Of a stretch of DNA of 32,000 nucleotides, positions 8,477 to 18,154 are shown piece after piece; position 1 is the first letter of the stretch, and each line of letters starts with the position of its first letter. The notes below the pieces were generated by a model. The model did not search any database, had not been told where the DNA came from, and saw only the letters and a program-made list of their open reading frames with translations. The translations under genes and the position numbers were made by a program. Location of the stretch: assembly GCF_000008645.1 (NCBI RefSeq), contig NC_000916.1, positions 1,080,001 to 1,112,000 on the forward strand, read 5' to 3'. Source of the stretch: Methanothermobacter thermautotrophicus str. Delta H (GTDB taxonomy: Archaea; Methanobacteriota; Methanobacteria; Methanobacteriales; Methanothermobacteraceae).

Positions 8477-10066
8477 ATGATAGAAGACCTCAGATCATTC
8501 ACATCCCCTGGCGAGAGAAGGAACATAGAATTCAAGAAGGCCCTCTCAGCCAGGTATCACCTGAAGATGGACCGTAAGAAGGGCCTCATATCCCAGATGA
8601 AGTACCGTATGGAACGGGGTGACGGTAGGGCAGTGTACCTGCTGGGTGTGGAGGACAGCGGTGAACCGGTTGGCCTCCCTGCTGATAAACTGGATGAGTC
8701 AGTTGAGGTCCTCAGAACCCTCAGCAGTGAGATAGGTGCTGTTGTGGAGGAGGTTAACCTCCATGAGGGTACAGAGGGTATGGTGGCGGAGGTCATAATC
8801 TCAAGGAAGACGAAGACAGCGAGGGAGCACCTCCTCGTGGGGGTCGCCGGCCACGTGGACCACGGTAAGAGCACACTCCTCGGGACCCTCACAACAGGCA
8901 CCCCTGATGATGGGAGCGGTAAGACGAGGATATTCCTTGATGTCCAGAAGCATGAAATAGAGAGGGGTCTATCGGCTGATCTGTCCTTTGCAATCTACGG
9001 CTTCAGGGACGGCAGGCCTATGAGGCTCAAAAACCCCCTTGACAGGAAGGAGAAATCACGTCTCATGGACGAGGCTGACAGGGTCATATCCTTCGTTGAC
9101 ACCGTCGGCCATGAACCCTGGCTTCGAACAACCATAAGGGGGATTGTGGGTCAGAAACTCGACTACGGACTCCTCACAGTGGCAGCCGATGAGGGGCCTA
9201 CACACATAACAAGGGAGCACCTCGGTATAATGATCGCAATGGAGCTCCCGGTGATCGTGGTCCTCACAAAGTGTGATATGGCAGCCGATGAGAACAGGAG
9301 GGGTGTGAGGGAGAAGATATCCGAACTGCTTAAACTGGTTGGCAGGATCCCCTTCCATGTTAAGAGCCTGGACGCTGCAGCCGGGATAGCAGGTAAGATG
9401 AACCAGCACATAGTCCCCATAATCGAGACCTCCTCGGTTACAGGGGAGGGCCTTGAAATCCTCGATGAGCTCTTCCTCAACCTCAGGGTCCGGCGCGATG
9501 TTAACGGGGATGAAGAACCATTCCTCATGTACATAGACAAGATATATTCCATCAGGGGTGTTGGTACCGTTGTCAGCGGGACAATTCAGCAGGGACTTGT
9601 CAGGAAGGGTGACACCCTCCTCCTGGGGCCCCTCAAGACCGGTAAATTCAGGGAGGTCACCGTCAAATCAATAGAGATGCACCACTACAGGATAGGCTGT
9701 GCAGAACCAGGCCACATCGTCGGCATATCCATATCCGGGGCCTCGCCGGATGAGATAGAGAGGGGTATGATACTGGCACACCCTGACTATGATCCCGAAG
9801 CTGTGAGGGAATTCGAGGCAGAGGTTGCCATACTGGTGCATCCAACAACCATAAAGGCGGGCTATGAGAGTGTGACCCACATTGAAACCATAGCCGAGAC
9901 AACCGTTCTTGAACCCCTTGACTCTGATTTCATGTCTGCAGGTGACAGGGGCAGGGTGAGGATGAGGTTCAAGTACAGGCCCCACCATGTGAGGGAGGGT
10001 CAGAAGATAATCTTCCGTGAGGGAAGGAGCAAGGGCATAGGTTCGGTGACAAGGATCCTGGGATAA
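8477..10066 (+). CDS. GTPBP1-like translational GTPase of the EF-Tu/EF-1A superfamily
   Basis: [26 protein letters not shown], then EF-Tu domain 2/3-like region. ATG 8477 is the preferred start because 8426 lies inside the upstream gene. Confidence 0.88.
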   Translation: MIEDLRSFTSPGERRNIEFKKALSARYHLKMDRKKGLISQMKYRMERGDGRAVYLLGVEDSGEPVGLPADKLDESVEVLRTLSSEIGAVVEEVNLHEGTEGMVAEVIISRKTKTAREHLLVGVAGHVDHGKSTLLGTLTTGTPDDGSGKTRIFLDVQKHEIERGLSADLSFAIYGFRDGRPMRLKNPLDRKEKSRLMDEADRVISFVDTVGHEPWLRTTIRGIVGQKLDYGLLTVAADEGPTHITREHLGIMIAMELPVIVVLTKCDMAADENRRGVREKISELLKLVGRIPFHVKSLDAAAGIAGKMNQHIVPIIETSSVTGEGLEILDELFLNLRVRRDVNGDEEPFLMYIDKIYSIRGVGTVVSGTIQQGLVRKGDTLLLGPLKTGKFREVTVKSIEMHHYRIGCAEPGHIVGISISGASPDEIERGMILAHPDYDPEAVREFEAEVAILVHPTTIKAGYESVTHIETIAETTVLEPLDSDFMSAGDRGRVRMRFKYRPHHVREGQKIIFREGRSKGIGSVTRILG

Positions 10067-10142
10067 CCCCCACGCGACACAGCAGAGTACCACACTGATA
10101 GAATAAATCAGAAAACACGCGGCACAATAACATGCGCTTTAA

Positions 10143-10979
10143 TCAGCTTTTTATGAGTTCCAGGAACTCGCAGGCCTTACACTTATCCCCTGATGAAGGT
10201 TCCCCGCACCTCAGGCACTCCCTGAGGCCCTCGGTTTCACTGAGGGGCAGGAAGGTCCTGCTGAGTGATTCCATCACCCTTAACTTTACACCCTGTTTTT
10301 CTGATTCAAGATGGTTGAGGAAGTCCCTTATCCTTGACCTCATGGAGAGGTCAGAGTAGGGACAGGAGTCAAGGTGGACCTTCACATCATTGAGAACAGC
10401 CCACAGCCTCACCTCACTCTCAGGCGTGCTCCAGAGGGGTTTTATGCGCGGCACCATTGCCGGGTGTATCCTCTGAAGTTCTGGACCGAATTTTGAGAAT
10501 TTCCGCACATCACCCCTTGCGAGGCTCATGATGAAGGACTGGATCTCATCATCCATGTTGTGGCCCGTTGCAATCTTTGAGGCACCTATCTCACGTGCCG
10601 TCCTGTTGAGTATCCATCGCCTGAAGACACCGCAGGGTATGCAGGGGCTGCTGAATCTATCAGTGACACTGTCCAGTTCAAAATTGAATTCGTCCCTGAA
10701 TGACCTCTCTATGAGTTCAACTCCAAGGAGTTCTGCGTTCTCCCTTGCCACCATAACACCCTCACTTCGGTAGCCCCCTATCCCCTCGTCGACGGTTATG
10801 GCTGTGAGCTCAAAATCAAGGTCACTCCTGAGATCTGAGAGGGCGTGCAGTGTCAGTACACTGTCCTTTCCGCCTGAGAGTGCTACTGCAATATGTTCAC
10901 CGGGTTTTATGAGTTCATGACCCTCTATAAGTCCCCTGATCCTTCCCATGATTCTGTGATTGAATTCCTGAACATCCAT
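10143..10979 (-). CDS. TtcA/Ncs6-family PP-loop tRNA 2-thiolation-type ATPase
   Basis: VALSGGKDSVLTLHAL, PCIPCGVFRRW, C-terminal CLRCGEPSSGDKCKAC. The start may be at 10979 or 10949. Confidence 0.82.
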   Translation of the reverse strand: MDVQEFNHRIMGRIRGLIEGHELIKPGEHIAVALSGGKDSVLTLHALSDLRSDLDFELTAITVDEGIGGYRSEGVMVARENAELLGVELIERSFRDEFNFELDSVTDRFSSPCIPCGVFRRWILNRTAREIGASKIATGHNMDDEIQSFIMSLARGDVRKFSKFGPELQRIHPAMVPRIKPLWSTPESEVRLWAVLNDVKVHLDSCPYSDLSMRSRIRDFLNHLESEKQGVKLRVMESLSRTFLPLSETEGLRECLRCGEPSSGDKCKACEFLELIKS

Positions 10980-10984
10980 GAAAC

Positions 10985-10996
10985 CCTATATATAAA
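10985..10996. promoter_or_regulatory. Single, nearly symmetric TATA element between two divergent genes
   Basis: cctatatataaatgg; readable as a TATA box on both strands. Confidence 0.5.
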
Positions 10997-11017
10997 TGGG
11001 GGGACATATAATTAATC

Positions 11018-11317
11018 ATGATTACCGCAGAACTCACCGTGATACCCCTGGGTACATGCAGCACCTCCCTCAGCAGCTATGTGGCAGCTGCCGTCGAAGC
11101 CCTCAAGAAGCTGAATGTGAGGTATGAGATCTCAGGAATGGGGACACTGCTTGAGGCTGAAGACCTTGATGAACTCATGGAGGCTGTCAAGGCCGCACAT
11201 GAGGCAGTCCTCCAGGCGGGTTCAGATAGGGTCTACACAACCCTCAAGATCGATGATAGAAGGGATGCCGACAGGGGTTTAAGGGATAAGGTTGAATCTG
11301 TGAAGGAAAAGATTTAG
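11018..11317 (+). CDS. MTH1187/YkoF-type (DUF77) thiamine-binding-like protein
   Basis: MITAELTVIPLGTCSTSLSSYVAAAVEALKK... YEISGMGTLLEAEDLDELMEAVKAAHEAV. Confidence 0.85.
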   Translation: MITAELTVIPLGTCSTSLSSYVAAAVEALKKLNVRYEISGMGTLLEAEDLDELMEAVKAAHEAVLQAGSDRVYTTLKIDDRRDADRGLRDKVESVKEKI

Positions 11318-11340
11318 GGCCCCGGACATATCACAGGTTT

Positions 11341-11350
11341 TTTATATAAG
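11341..11350 (+). promoter_or_regulatory. Candidate orphan TATA box in a gene-free interval
   Basis: ttttttatataaggc with no substantial + strand ORF before 11555. Confidence 0.45.
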
Positions 11351-11554
11351 GCCCATAAGATTGTGCCAGCATTGCTCCATCAACATGATGCCCTTTCAGA
11401 GGTATCCAGCGCCCTAATCTGAGAACGGGAATTTCCTGGAAGCAAATCTTACCCATTCCAGGAGCTGATACTGACCTTGAATAAAAAATTTTTGTGTTTT
11501 ACTCAATCCAGCCCACAGCGGCATGAAGGAATTAAAGTAACTCAGGGCCACGGT

Positions 11555-12637
11555 TTACTCAAAAAATTCCCTGACCGTGCCTGCGACCCTCTCAAGCTCC
11601 TCACCGGTTAGGGCAGGGTGTACCGGTATTGAGAGGACCTCCGCTGCAGCCGCCTCACTCACCGGGCATCTGGCATCAAAGCCCAGTCTCTGGTACAGTT
11701 CCTGCCTGTAGATTGGTCTGGGATAGTGGATGCCTGTACCCACACCCCTCTCATTGAGGAAGCCCATGAGTTCATCCCTTGAGCCTGGAACCCGCAGGGT
11801 GTACTGGTGAAAGACGTGCCTGACCCCAGCTGCAATGTGGGGTGTTGATACTCCCTCAAGGTCCCCCAGCTGGGATGTGAGGTAAGCTGCATTTTCAATT
11901 CGCCTGCTGTTGAACTCCTCGAGTTTTCCGAGCTGGGCTATCCCGATGGCGGCTGAGATGTCAGTCATGCGGAAGTTGTATCCCAGGTATGTGTGCCTGT
12001 AGCGTTCTGTCTCCCCATGGGCCCTGAGTATACGTGCCATCTCAGCTATCTCATCGTCATCAGTTGTTATGATTCCGCCCTCACCTGTTGTGATGTTCTT
12101 TGTGGGGTAGAAGCTGAAACAGGCGGCATCGCCCATGGAACCGACTTTCCTTCCATGATACTCTGCTCCGTGGGCCTGTGCAGCATCCTCAATGACCAGG
12201 ATGTCATGGTCAGCTGCAAGGTCCATTATGGGGTCCATGTCTGCGGGCTGGCCATAGAGGTGGACCGGTATTATCGCCCTTGTGCTGGGTGTTATGAGTT
12301 CCTCTATCCTCTCAGGATCTATATTATATGTCAGGGGGTCTATATCTGCGAATACTGGTGTGGCTCCGACGTAGAGGGCTGCGTTTGCTGTTGCAGCGAA
12401 ACTGAAGGGGGTTGTTATTACCTCATCCCCCTTTCCAACTCCAGCGGCGAGGAGGGCCAGATGAAGGGCTGTTGTCCCTGAACTCGTTGCAACTGCATGC
12501 TCTGTTCCCACATAGGCCGCAAATTTCTCCTCGAATTCAGCCACCCTGGGTCCCTGCGCGATAAAACCCGATTTAAGTACCTTTATGACTTCCTGAATTT
12601 CCTCTTCATCGATTATTGGAGTAGCAACCGGTATCAT
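11555..12637 (-). CDS. DegT/DnrJ/EryC1/StrS family PLP-dependent aminotransferase
   Basis: [57 protein letters not shown]. Confidence 0.93.
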   Translation of the reverse strand: MIPVATPIIDEEEIQEVIKVLKSGFIAQGPRVAEFEEKFAAYVGTEHAVATSSGTTALHLALLAAGVGKGDEVITTPFSFAATANAALYVGATPVFADIDPLTYNIDPERIEELITPSTRAIIPVHLYGQPADMDPIMDLAADHDILVIEDAAQAHGAEYHGRKVGSMGDAACFSFYPTKNITTGEGGIITTDDDEIAEMARILRAHGETERYRHTYLGYNFRMTDISAAIGIAQLGKLEEFNSRRIENAAYLTSQLGDLEGVSTPHIAAGVRHVFHQYTLRVPGSRDELMGFLNERGVGTGIHYPRPIYRQELYQRLGFDARCPVSEAAAAEVLSIPVHPALTGEELERVAGTVREFFE

Positions 12638-12795
12638 TTGAACACCCGAATGAAAGTTAACTGGTTTAACTATATCGTGCTGGCACTTAAAAATTGATGC
12701 CCGTCCCCCCGTGCAGAAAAATCAATAAACTTGAGGTGGGAGAGATGCCGGCCTTTAATGTTCCATGAAGGGATGTTGCCGGCTTTAACAGTGAA

Positions 12796-13686
12796 TCACC
12801 GGAATATCCTGCCTAAATCCTGGTATCGGCCCCTGAAGAGTATTAGGACAAGGATTGCTGAAGCCAGGAGGAGGGTCAGGGGAGCTGTGTAGGGATCTGA
12901 TGGGCTCACCATGAGGGATGGGAGGTTCCCCAGACCGGCGTCAGGGGAGCTGTGTATGACGCTCACATAGAGATTGTTTGCAATGTGGACACCCATGGCC
13001 ATCTCCACACCATCATCTGCCAGCGTCACCAGTGCAAGCACAAGTCCTATGATGAAGGTGCTGACAGTTATTGAAAGGCTCATGCTAAGTGTCGCGCCGT
13101 TCCACCAGTGAAGGACCGAGAATATCGCTGAATTGATGATTATGAGCGGCACCGGCCTCTTTATGACAGACCAGATACCCTGCATCAGGTAGCCCCTGAA
13201 GAATATCTCCTCAAAGGATGCCTGGACCGGGAAGGCCAGTATGGAGAGGATTAGCAGCCACCAGAACCCTGAACCAAAATTGAATCTGACCCCTGATGGG
13301 TCAGCAAGGACCGATACCAGATCAAGCACACCAACTATGAGGAACCATGTGCCCGCGCCCCTCAGGATCCTCCGCCAGTCAAGGTATCCCCTCGAATTAA
13401 CTGCAGATATGAAATCCCTCTGGTGAATGAACTTCAGTCCAACATAGAGGAAGAACATTGAAGCTGAAAACCCTATGGCCACCATTATGAGGAGGGTGGG
13501 GCCGCTGAAGGATGACAGGTCCCCCAGCGCCCCCACACCACCCTTAAGTAGCAGGACGGCTGCGATGATGACACCCAGTATGAGGCCGGCTCCAACATTG
13601 GATGCCACGAAGCTCATAAATACTGTCATCACATATCTCCATGCATCATTCCTTCCCAGGTATACGTTGTTCAGAAAATCCTCCAT
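12796..13686 (-). CDS. CPBP family intramembrane glutamic endopeptidase
   Basis: Multiple hydrophobic segments; EEIFFRGYLMQG and later NSAIFSVLHW / GIHIANN motifs. Confidence 0.9.
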   Translation of the reverse strand: MEDFLNNVYLGRNDAWRYVMTVFMSFVASNVGAGLILGVIIAAVLLLKGGVGALGDLSSFSGPTLLIMVAIGFSASMFFLYVGLKFIHQRDFISAVNSRGYLDWRRILRGAGTWFLIVGVLDLVSVLADPSGVRFNFGSGFWWLLILSILAFPVQASFEEIFFRGYLMQGIWSVIKRPVPLIIINSAIFSVLHWWNGATLSMSLSITVSTFIIGLVLALVTLADDGVEMAMGVHIANNLYVSVIHSSPDAGLGNLPSLMVSPSDPYTAPLTLLLASAILVLILFRGRYQDLGRIFR

Positions 13687-13803
13687 CCATCACCAGCTCC
13701 GATACTTACCTGATGACCATGAGTTTTTTTTAATAAATTACCGGTCATGTATCACACTAATCATCCGGCATTAATAAATATTTTGAAGTGGGAGTGTTGA
13801 ATT

Positions 13804-14946
13804 ATGATAACGGTAAATGAGGGTTCAGTCACCATAAGGGTCCCTGATTTCAGTAAGGTCTCGGCCAGGGCACCTGTATTCTACAACCCTGCCATGGAGT
13901 TCAACAGGGATGTGTCAGTGGTCGCGCTCCAGGTTTTCCAGAGACTCCTCGGTGGGGAGATTAGCGTTGCAGACACCTTCTCAGGAAGCGGTATAAGGGC
14001 CATAAGGTATCTGGTTGAGGTTGAAGGAGTCTCTGAGGCCTTTGCAAATGACATAAACCCGCTTGCAGTTGAATGCATAAAAAATAACTCAGTGATAAAC
14101 TCGGTGTCCCCTGAGGTCAGCAGAGAGGACGCCAGCATCTTCCTCAGGAGTAACCATGGCCGCTTTGATGTTATAGACATCGACCCCTTCGGGACCCCTG
14201 CACCCTTCATGGACTCTGCGGCGGCTTCTGCAAGGAACAATTCACTCCTTGCTGTTACAGCCACCGACACCTCAAGCCTCTGCGGCACCTACATAAAGCC
14301 CTGTCTGAGGAAGTACTCCTCAAGGCCCCTTAAAACAGAGTACTGCCATGAGACGGGACTGAGGATACTCGCAGGCTTCACAGCCATGAACCTTGCAAGG
14401 TACAGGAAGGCGGCCTCGGTACTCCTCTCCCACAGCAGCCAGCACTACATGAGGCTATACATCCGCGTGAGGAGGGGTGCAAGAAGGGCCGATGAATCCA
14501 TCAGGAATATCGGATTCATGCTTCACTGCTTCAGATGCCTTCACCATGAACACGTGAATGGATTTGCGCCCCTGAAACGTGAGTGCCCCCACTGCGGTGC
14601 CGAAATGGATGTGGCCGGCCCCCTCTGGGTCGGTGATATCCAGGACAGTAAATTCATCGGTGAGATGATAGGGGAGGTTGAGAACAAGGAACTCAACACG
14701 GCCGGAGATGTCCTTAAACTTCTGAAGGGATGTCTTGATGAAGCAGGGATGCCCCCTGGATTCTATGATATCCATGAGGTCTGCAGTAAGCTTGGAAGGA
14801 GTGCACCACCTCTGAGGGATGTTATGGATGGTCTTGAGGCGGCCGGTTTCAGGGTTTCAAGGACCCATATAAGGCCGACGGGTATAAGGACCGACGCCGG
14901 TATAGGGGAGATTGAGGAGGTCCTGGCAGGACTCATGCCGGAATAG
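13804..14946 (+). CDS. trm1: tRNA (guanine26-N2)-dimethyltransferase
   Basis: VFYNPAMEFNRDVSV, DTFSGSGIRAIRYLVE, DIDPFGTPAPFMDSA, CxxC-type C-terminal metal site. Confidence 0.95.
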   Translation: MITVNEGSVTIRVPDFSKVSARAPVFYNPAMEFNRDVSVVALQVFQRLLGGEISVADTFSGSGIRAIRYLVEVEGVSEAFANDINPLAVECIKNNSVINSVSPEVSREDASIFLRSNHGRFDVIDIDPFGTPAPFMDSAAASARNNSLLAVTATDTSSLCGTYIKPCLRKYSSRPLKTEYCHETGLRILAGFTAMNLARYRKAASVLLSHSSQHYMRLYIRVRRGARRADESIRNIGFMLHCFRCLHHEHVNGFAPLKRECPHCGAEMDVAGPLWVGDIQDSKFIGEMIGEVENKELNTAGDVLKLLKGCLDEAGMPPGFYDIHEVCSKLGRSAPPLRDVMDGLEAAGFRVSRTHIRPTGIRTDAGIGEIEEVLAGLMPE

Positions 14947-14987
14947 AAGTTGGGGGAGTTGAAGCAGTACTCACCCCCGGCTCTCGA

Positions 14988-15674
14988 TCATTCATAGTTG
15001 AGCATGTTATGGGTGTAGTAATACTGCAGTGACCTTGCATTCCTGATCTCAAAGTTCCTGTAGGGGTTGTTGAGGTAGGGAAAGATCATTCCCTTCAAGC
15101 AGTAGAGGTATGCTCCAATGGGGCCATACTCATTCCTGGCAATTTTATAGTAGAGGGGGAATCCACAGCCCTGGTTTATGAATATCTCACCCTGCCTGAC
15201 CGTGCCGTGGTATACGAGGGGTATGGGCCCCTCCTGACCGTGCTCAGCCGCCCTCTCCTTTATGTATGCAAGGGCCTCGTCCAGTGTTCCGAATTCCCTT
15301 CCATCTGAACGGTAGGTCCACTTATCGTCAGGTATGCCGTATATTCCCTCCTGCCATACCTCTGTCCAGTTTATGCCCGGCGTGTACTGCTTCTTTTCAA
15401 CGTAGGCGAGTTCAAGGATGTAAACGTCGCCCTCCATGTAGCAGCGGTAATTGGAGCTTCCGCCGTAATGGACCACCAGAATGCACTTCGATCCCCTTTC
15501 ACGGGCATAGTCTGCCAGTAGTTTTGAGTGTATATGACCTGGGTACATATCTGGATTTGCAATTTTAACAAATGCAAGCCTTCCCAGGGGCTCAAAGTCC
15601 CCCTGTGTCCCTGTAAAGTAAAGGTAACCCCCTCCGATTACCAGTAAAGCTATGATGAGTATCCCCTTCTTCAT
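14988..15674 (-). CDS. Uncharacterised protein with N-terminal signal/anchor
   Basis: MKKGILIIALLVIGGGYLYFTGTQG...; normal-length ORF, no family recognised. Confidence 0.75.
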   Translation of the reverse strand: MKKGILIIALLVIGGGYLYFTGTQGDFEPLGRLAFVKIANPDMYPGHIHSKLLADYARERGSKCILVVHYGGSSNYRCYMEGDVYILELAYVEKKQYTPGINWTEVWQEGIYGIPDDKWTYRSDGREFGTLDEALAYIKERAAEHGQEGPIPLVYHGTVRQGEIFINQGCGFPLYYKIARNEYGPIGAYLYCLKGMIFPYLNNPYRNFEIRNARSLQYYYTHNMLNYE

Positions 15675-15801
15675 CAGTTCACCTGCTCGAGATATTATTA
15701 ACTTTGTAGCGATTTATATCTTTCTCTAAACAGATTAGGCAGTTTTATATGTGACTATTTATATAGTTTTACCTGCGGGAATCCGCGGAGGTGTGAAAGA
15801 T

Positions 15802-16479
15802 ATGGATATAGGTGAAATTGTAAATGATGCCATAAGGTACCCCTCCAGTGACTGGAAGAAGGTCATAATACTGGGTGTCCTTATAATAGCCAGTATTCTA
15901 ATTCTACCCGTCTTCCTGGTCATGGGGTACGGTTTCAGGGCGCTGAAGGCCTCAATAGCTGGCTTCGATGAACTGCCTGAATTCGATGAATGGGGAGAAA
16001 TGTTCGTCGATGGGCTCAAGGTATTCGTTGTTCAGATAGCATACATGATAGTTCCACTGATAATTATATTCGCAGGTGTTCTTGGTTCCTTTACTATGGT
16101 TTCACCAGACACAGGTGTTATCACAAACCCCACAGCATTCACAGGCCTCGTAGGAGGTACAACGATAATAGGCATAATACTCGCAATTATCCTTGGACTC
16201 ATAGAGACAATAGCCATCGCACACATGGCCTACAATGACAGCGAACTCGGTGCAGCCTTCAGGTTCAGTGAGATACTTGACGTGATATCCCAGATCGGAT
16301 GGCTGGACTACATAATCTGGTACATCGTTGTGGGTCTGATCTCAGCGGTGATGGCATTCATTGCAAGTTTCCTGAATGTGATACCGGTTCTGGGTACCCT
16401 GATCGCGGTCCTCATAATATACCCCTACATCCAGCTCTTCTGGAACAGGGCCCTTGCACTCAGATACGCCTACGAATAA
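15802..16479 (+). CDS. DUF4013-like multi-pass membrane protein
   Basis: MDIGEIVNDAIRYPSSDWKKVIILGVLIIASILILP...; GGAGGTG 8 nt before ATG 15802. A TATA-like element sits inside the longer ORF-track version. Confidence 0.85.
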   Translation: MDIGEIVNDAIRYPSSDWKKVIILGVLIIASILILPVFLVMGYGFRALKASIAGFDELPEFDEWGEMFVDGLKVFVVQIAYMIVPLIIIFAGVLGSFTMVSPDTGVITNPTAFTGLVGGTTIIGIILAIILGLIETIAIAHMAYNDSELGAAFRFSEILDVISQIGWLDYIIWYIVVGLISAVMAFIASFLNVIPVLGTLIAVLIIYPYIQLFWNRALALRYAYE

Positions 16480-16637
16480 TAATTACCCTCCTTTTTTATT
16501 TTCCCATCTTCAGATAAACATTTATAAGGGAACATCCCCTATCTTATAAAAGTTGATGACTTCTTCTAAACTTATATTCACTTAAAAAACTTTATAATAT
16601 AACTTTCATAGGCATACATTGTTTAGTGGTGATTTGT

Positions 16638-17111
16638 ATGGATGATGATCTGGTCAAAATCGATGATATTGACAGAAAGATAATAGACCTCCTGAATGAG
16701 GACGGACGCATGTCCTACAGGAACATATCAAGGATACTCGACGTTTCAGTGGGTACCGTCCACAACCGTGTTGAAAAACTTGTTAAAAAGGGGGTTATAA
16801 AGAAATTTGTGCCCATAATCGACCACTCCAAGCTCGGATACAAGCTGACAGCCATCATAGGTGTGAAGGTCAAGGGAGGGGTCCTGAGGAACTGGGAGAC
16901 AAGGACCGCCTACCATAAGAACGTCCTGGCAGTGTATGACGTTACAGGAGAATTCGACGCCATACTCATAGGTAAGTTCCGGGACACCGGTGAACTTGAC
17001 AGCTTCATAAAGGGCCTCCTCAGTGAGGGGGATGTGCAGAGGACATACACACAGACCGTCCTAAACATCGTCAAGGAGGATATGACCTCCACCAAGATGA
17101 TCGGAGATTAA
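16638..17111 (+). CDS. Lrp/AsnC family transcriptional regulator
   Basis: IDDIDRKIIDLLNEDGRMSYRNISRILDVSVGTVHNRVEKL; GGTGAT before ATG 16638. Confidence 0.93.
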   Translation: MDDDLVKIDDIDRKIIDLLNEDGRMSYRNISRILDVSVGTVHNRVEKLVKKGVIKKFVPIIDHSKLGYKLTAIIGVKVKGGVLRNWETRTAYHKNVLAVYDVTGEFDAILIGKFRDTGELDSFIKGLLSEGDVQRTYTQTVLNIVKEDMTSTKMIGD

Positions 17112-17120
17112 ATTATTTAT
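17111..17120 (+). promoter_or_regulatory. Candidate TATA-like element of the histone deacetylase gene
   Basis: aattatttat about 30 nt upstream of ATG 17147. Confidence 0.45.
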
Positions 17121-17135
17121 CCCCTGAATCAGAAA

Positions 17136-17157
17136 ATGATAACCATATGGTTATCAT
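17136..17157. repeat. Perfect 22-bp palindrome ATGATAACCATATGGTTATCAT centred on the start codon region
   Basis: Read directly; the dyad axis lies between 17146 and 17147, immediately before the ATG. Confidence 0.8.
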
Positions 17158-18142
17158 CCACTCCCCATCCTATGACCTGCACAATCATGAGGGTCACGTT
17201 GAAAATAGTGGCAGGACCAGGGCCATCCTTAGGGCCATAGAATCCTCAGATCTCTCCCCAAGGTTCGTGGAACCCGGGATGGCTGGAATCGATGATATCC
17301 TCATGGTACACAGCAGTACTCATGTGGAGTACCTTGAGGTCTTCGCAGGGAGGGGTGGCGGATGGCTTGACTATGACACCTACATGACCCCCGAGAGCTT
17401 CAGTGTCGCGAGGCTCTCAGCAGGTGGAGCCATGCTGGCTGCCGAGGAGGCCCTCAGGGATGGCTGGTCCTACTCACTTGGAAGGCCCCCGGGCCACCAT
17501 GCCACCTATGACCGCTCCATGGGTTTCTGCATATTCAACAACATAGCCATAGCCATTGAGCATGCCCGCAGGAACCTCGGGGTCTCAAGGCCTCTGGTAC
17601 TTGATTTCGACGTCCACCACGGGAACGGTACATCCAGCATATTCTACAGGGACAGGGATGTGATGTACATATCCATACACCAGGACCCACGGACCCTCTT
17701 CCCTGGAACCGGGTTCATTGATGAGACCGGCTCCGGTGAGGGGGAGGGCTTCAACCTCAACATCCCCATGCCCAGGGGCTCGGGTAACCGTGAGTACCTC
17801 TGGATACTCGGGATGATACTCCCGGCGGTCCTGGAAGGATTCCGACCGGATATGATCTTTGTATCGGCAGGCTTTGATGCCCACAGAAGGGATCCCCTTG
17901 CAGAGATCATGGTTGATGAGGAGTTCTTCTCATGGATCGGGTGGTTCATCCATCAGACAGGACTCCCCTGCACCGCGGTTCTGGAGGGTGGCTATGACCC
18001 TGAGGCCCTTGGGAGATCAAACATCGCATTCATGAGGGGTCTTGATGGTGAGGAATACGAACCTGAAACAGCGGCGCCCGGGGGTGTCTCTGAAATATTC
18101 AGTCAGCTGAGTGACAGGTTTTCAGCATACTTCAACTTCTGA
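17147..18142 (+). CDS. Histone deacetylase / acetoin utilisation (AcuC)-like deacetylase
   Basis: RPPGHHATYDRSMGFCIFNNIAIA, VLDFDVHHGNGTSSIFY, SAGFDAHRRDP, VLEGGY. Confidence 0.95.
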   Translation: MVIIHSPSYDLHNHEGHVENSGRTRAILRAIESSDLSPRFVEPGMAGIDDILMVHSSTHVEYLEVFAGRGGGWLDYDTYMTPESFSVARLSAGGAMLAAEEALRDGWSYSLGRPPGHHATYDRSMGFCIFNNIAIAIEHARRNLGVSRPLVLDFDVHHGNGTSSIFYRDRDVMYISIHQDPRTLFPGTGFIDETGSGEGEGFNLNIPMPRGSGNREYLWILGMILPAVLEGFRPDMIFVSAGFDAHRRDPLAEIMVDEEFFSWIGWFIHQTGLPCTAVLEGGYDPEALGRSNIAFMRGLDGEEYEPETAAPGGVSEIFSQLSDRFSAYFNF

Positions 18143-18154
18143 GAGGGTATTGAA

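Noticed and set aside
8557-10093. Several long minus strand ORFs (114, 117, 129, 79 and 141 aa) opposite the GTPase gene
   Set aside because: They are shadow ORFs of a clearly coding GTPBP-like gene, with unlikely composition (His/Cys/Pro-rich).
12746-12788. Near-direct repeat TGCCGGCCTTTAA / TGCCGGCTTTAA between the DegT and CPBP genes
   Set aside because: Only two short copies in an intergenic region; insufficient to suggest an array, mobile element or defined terminator.
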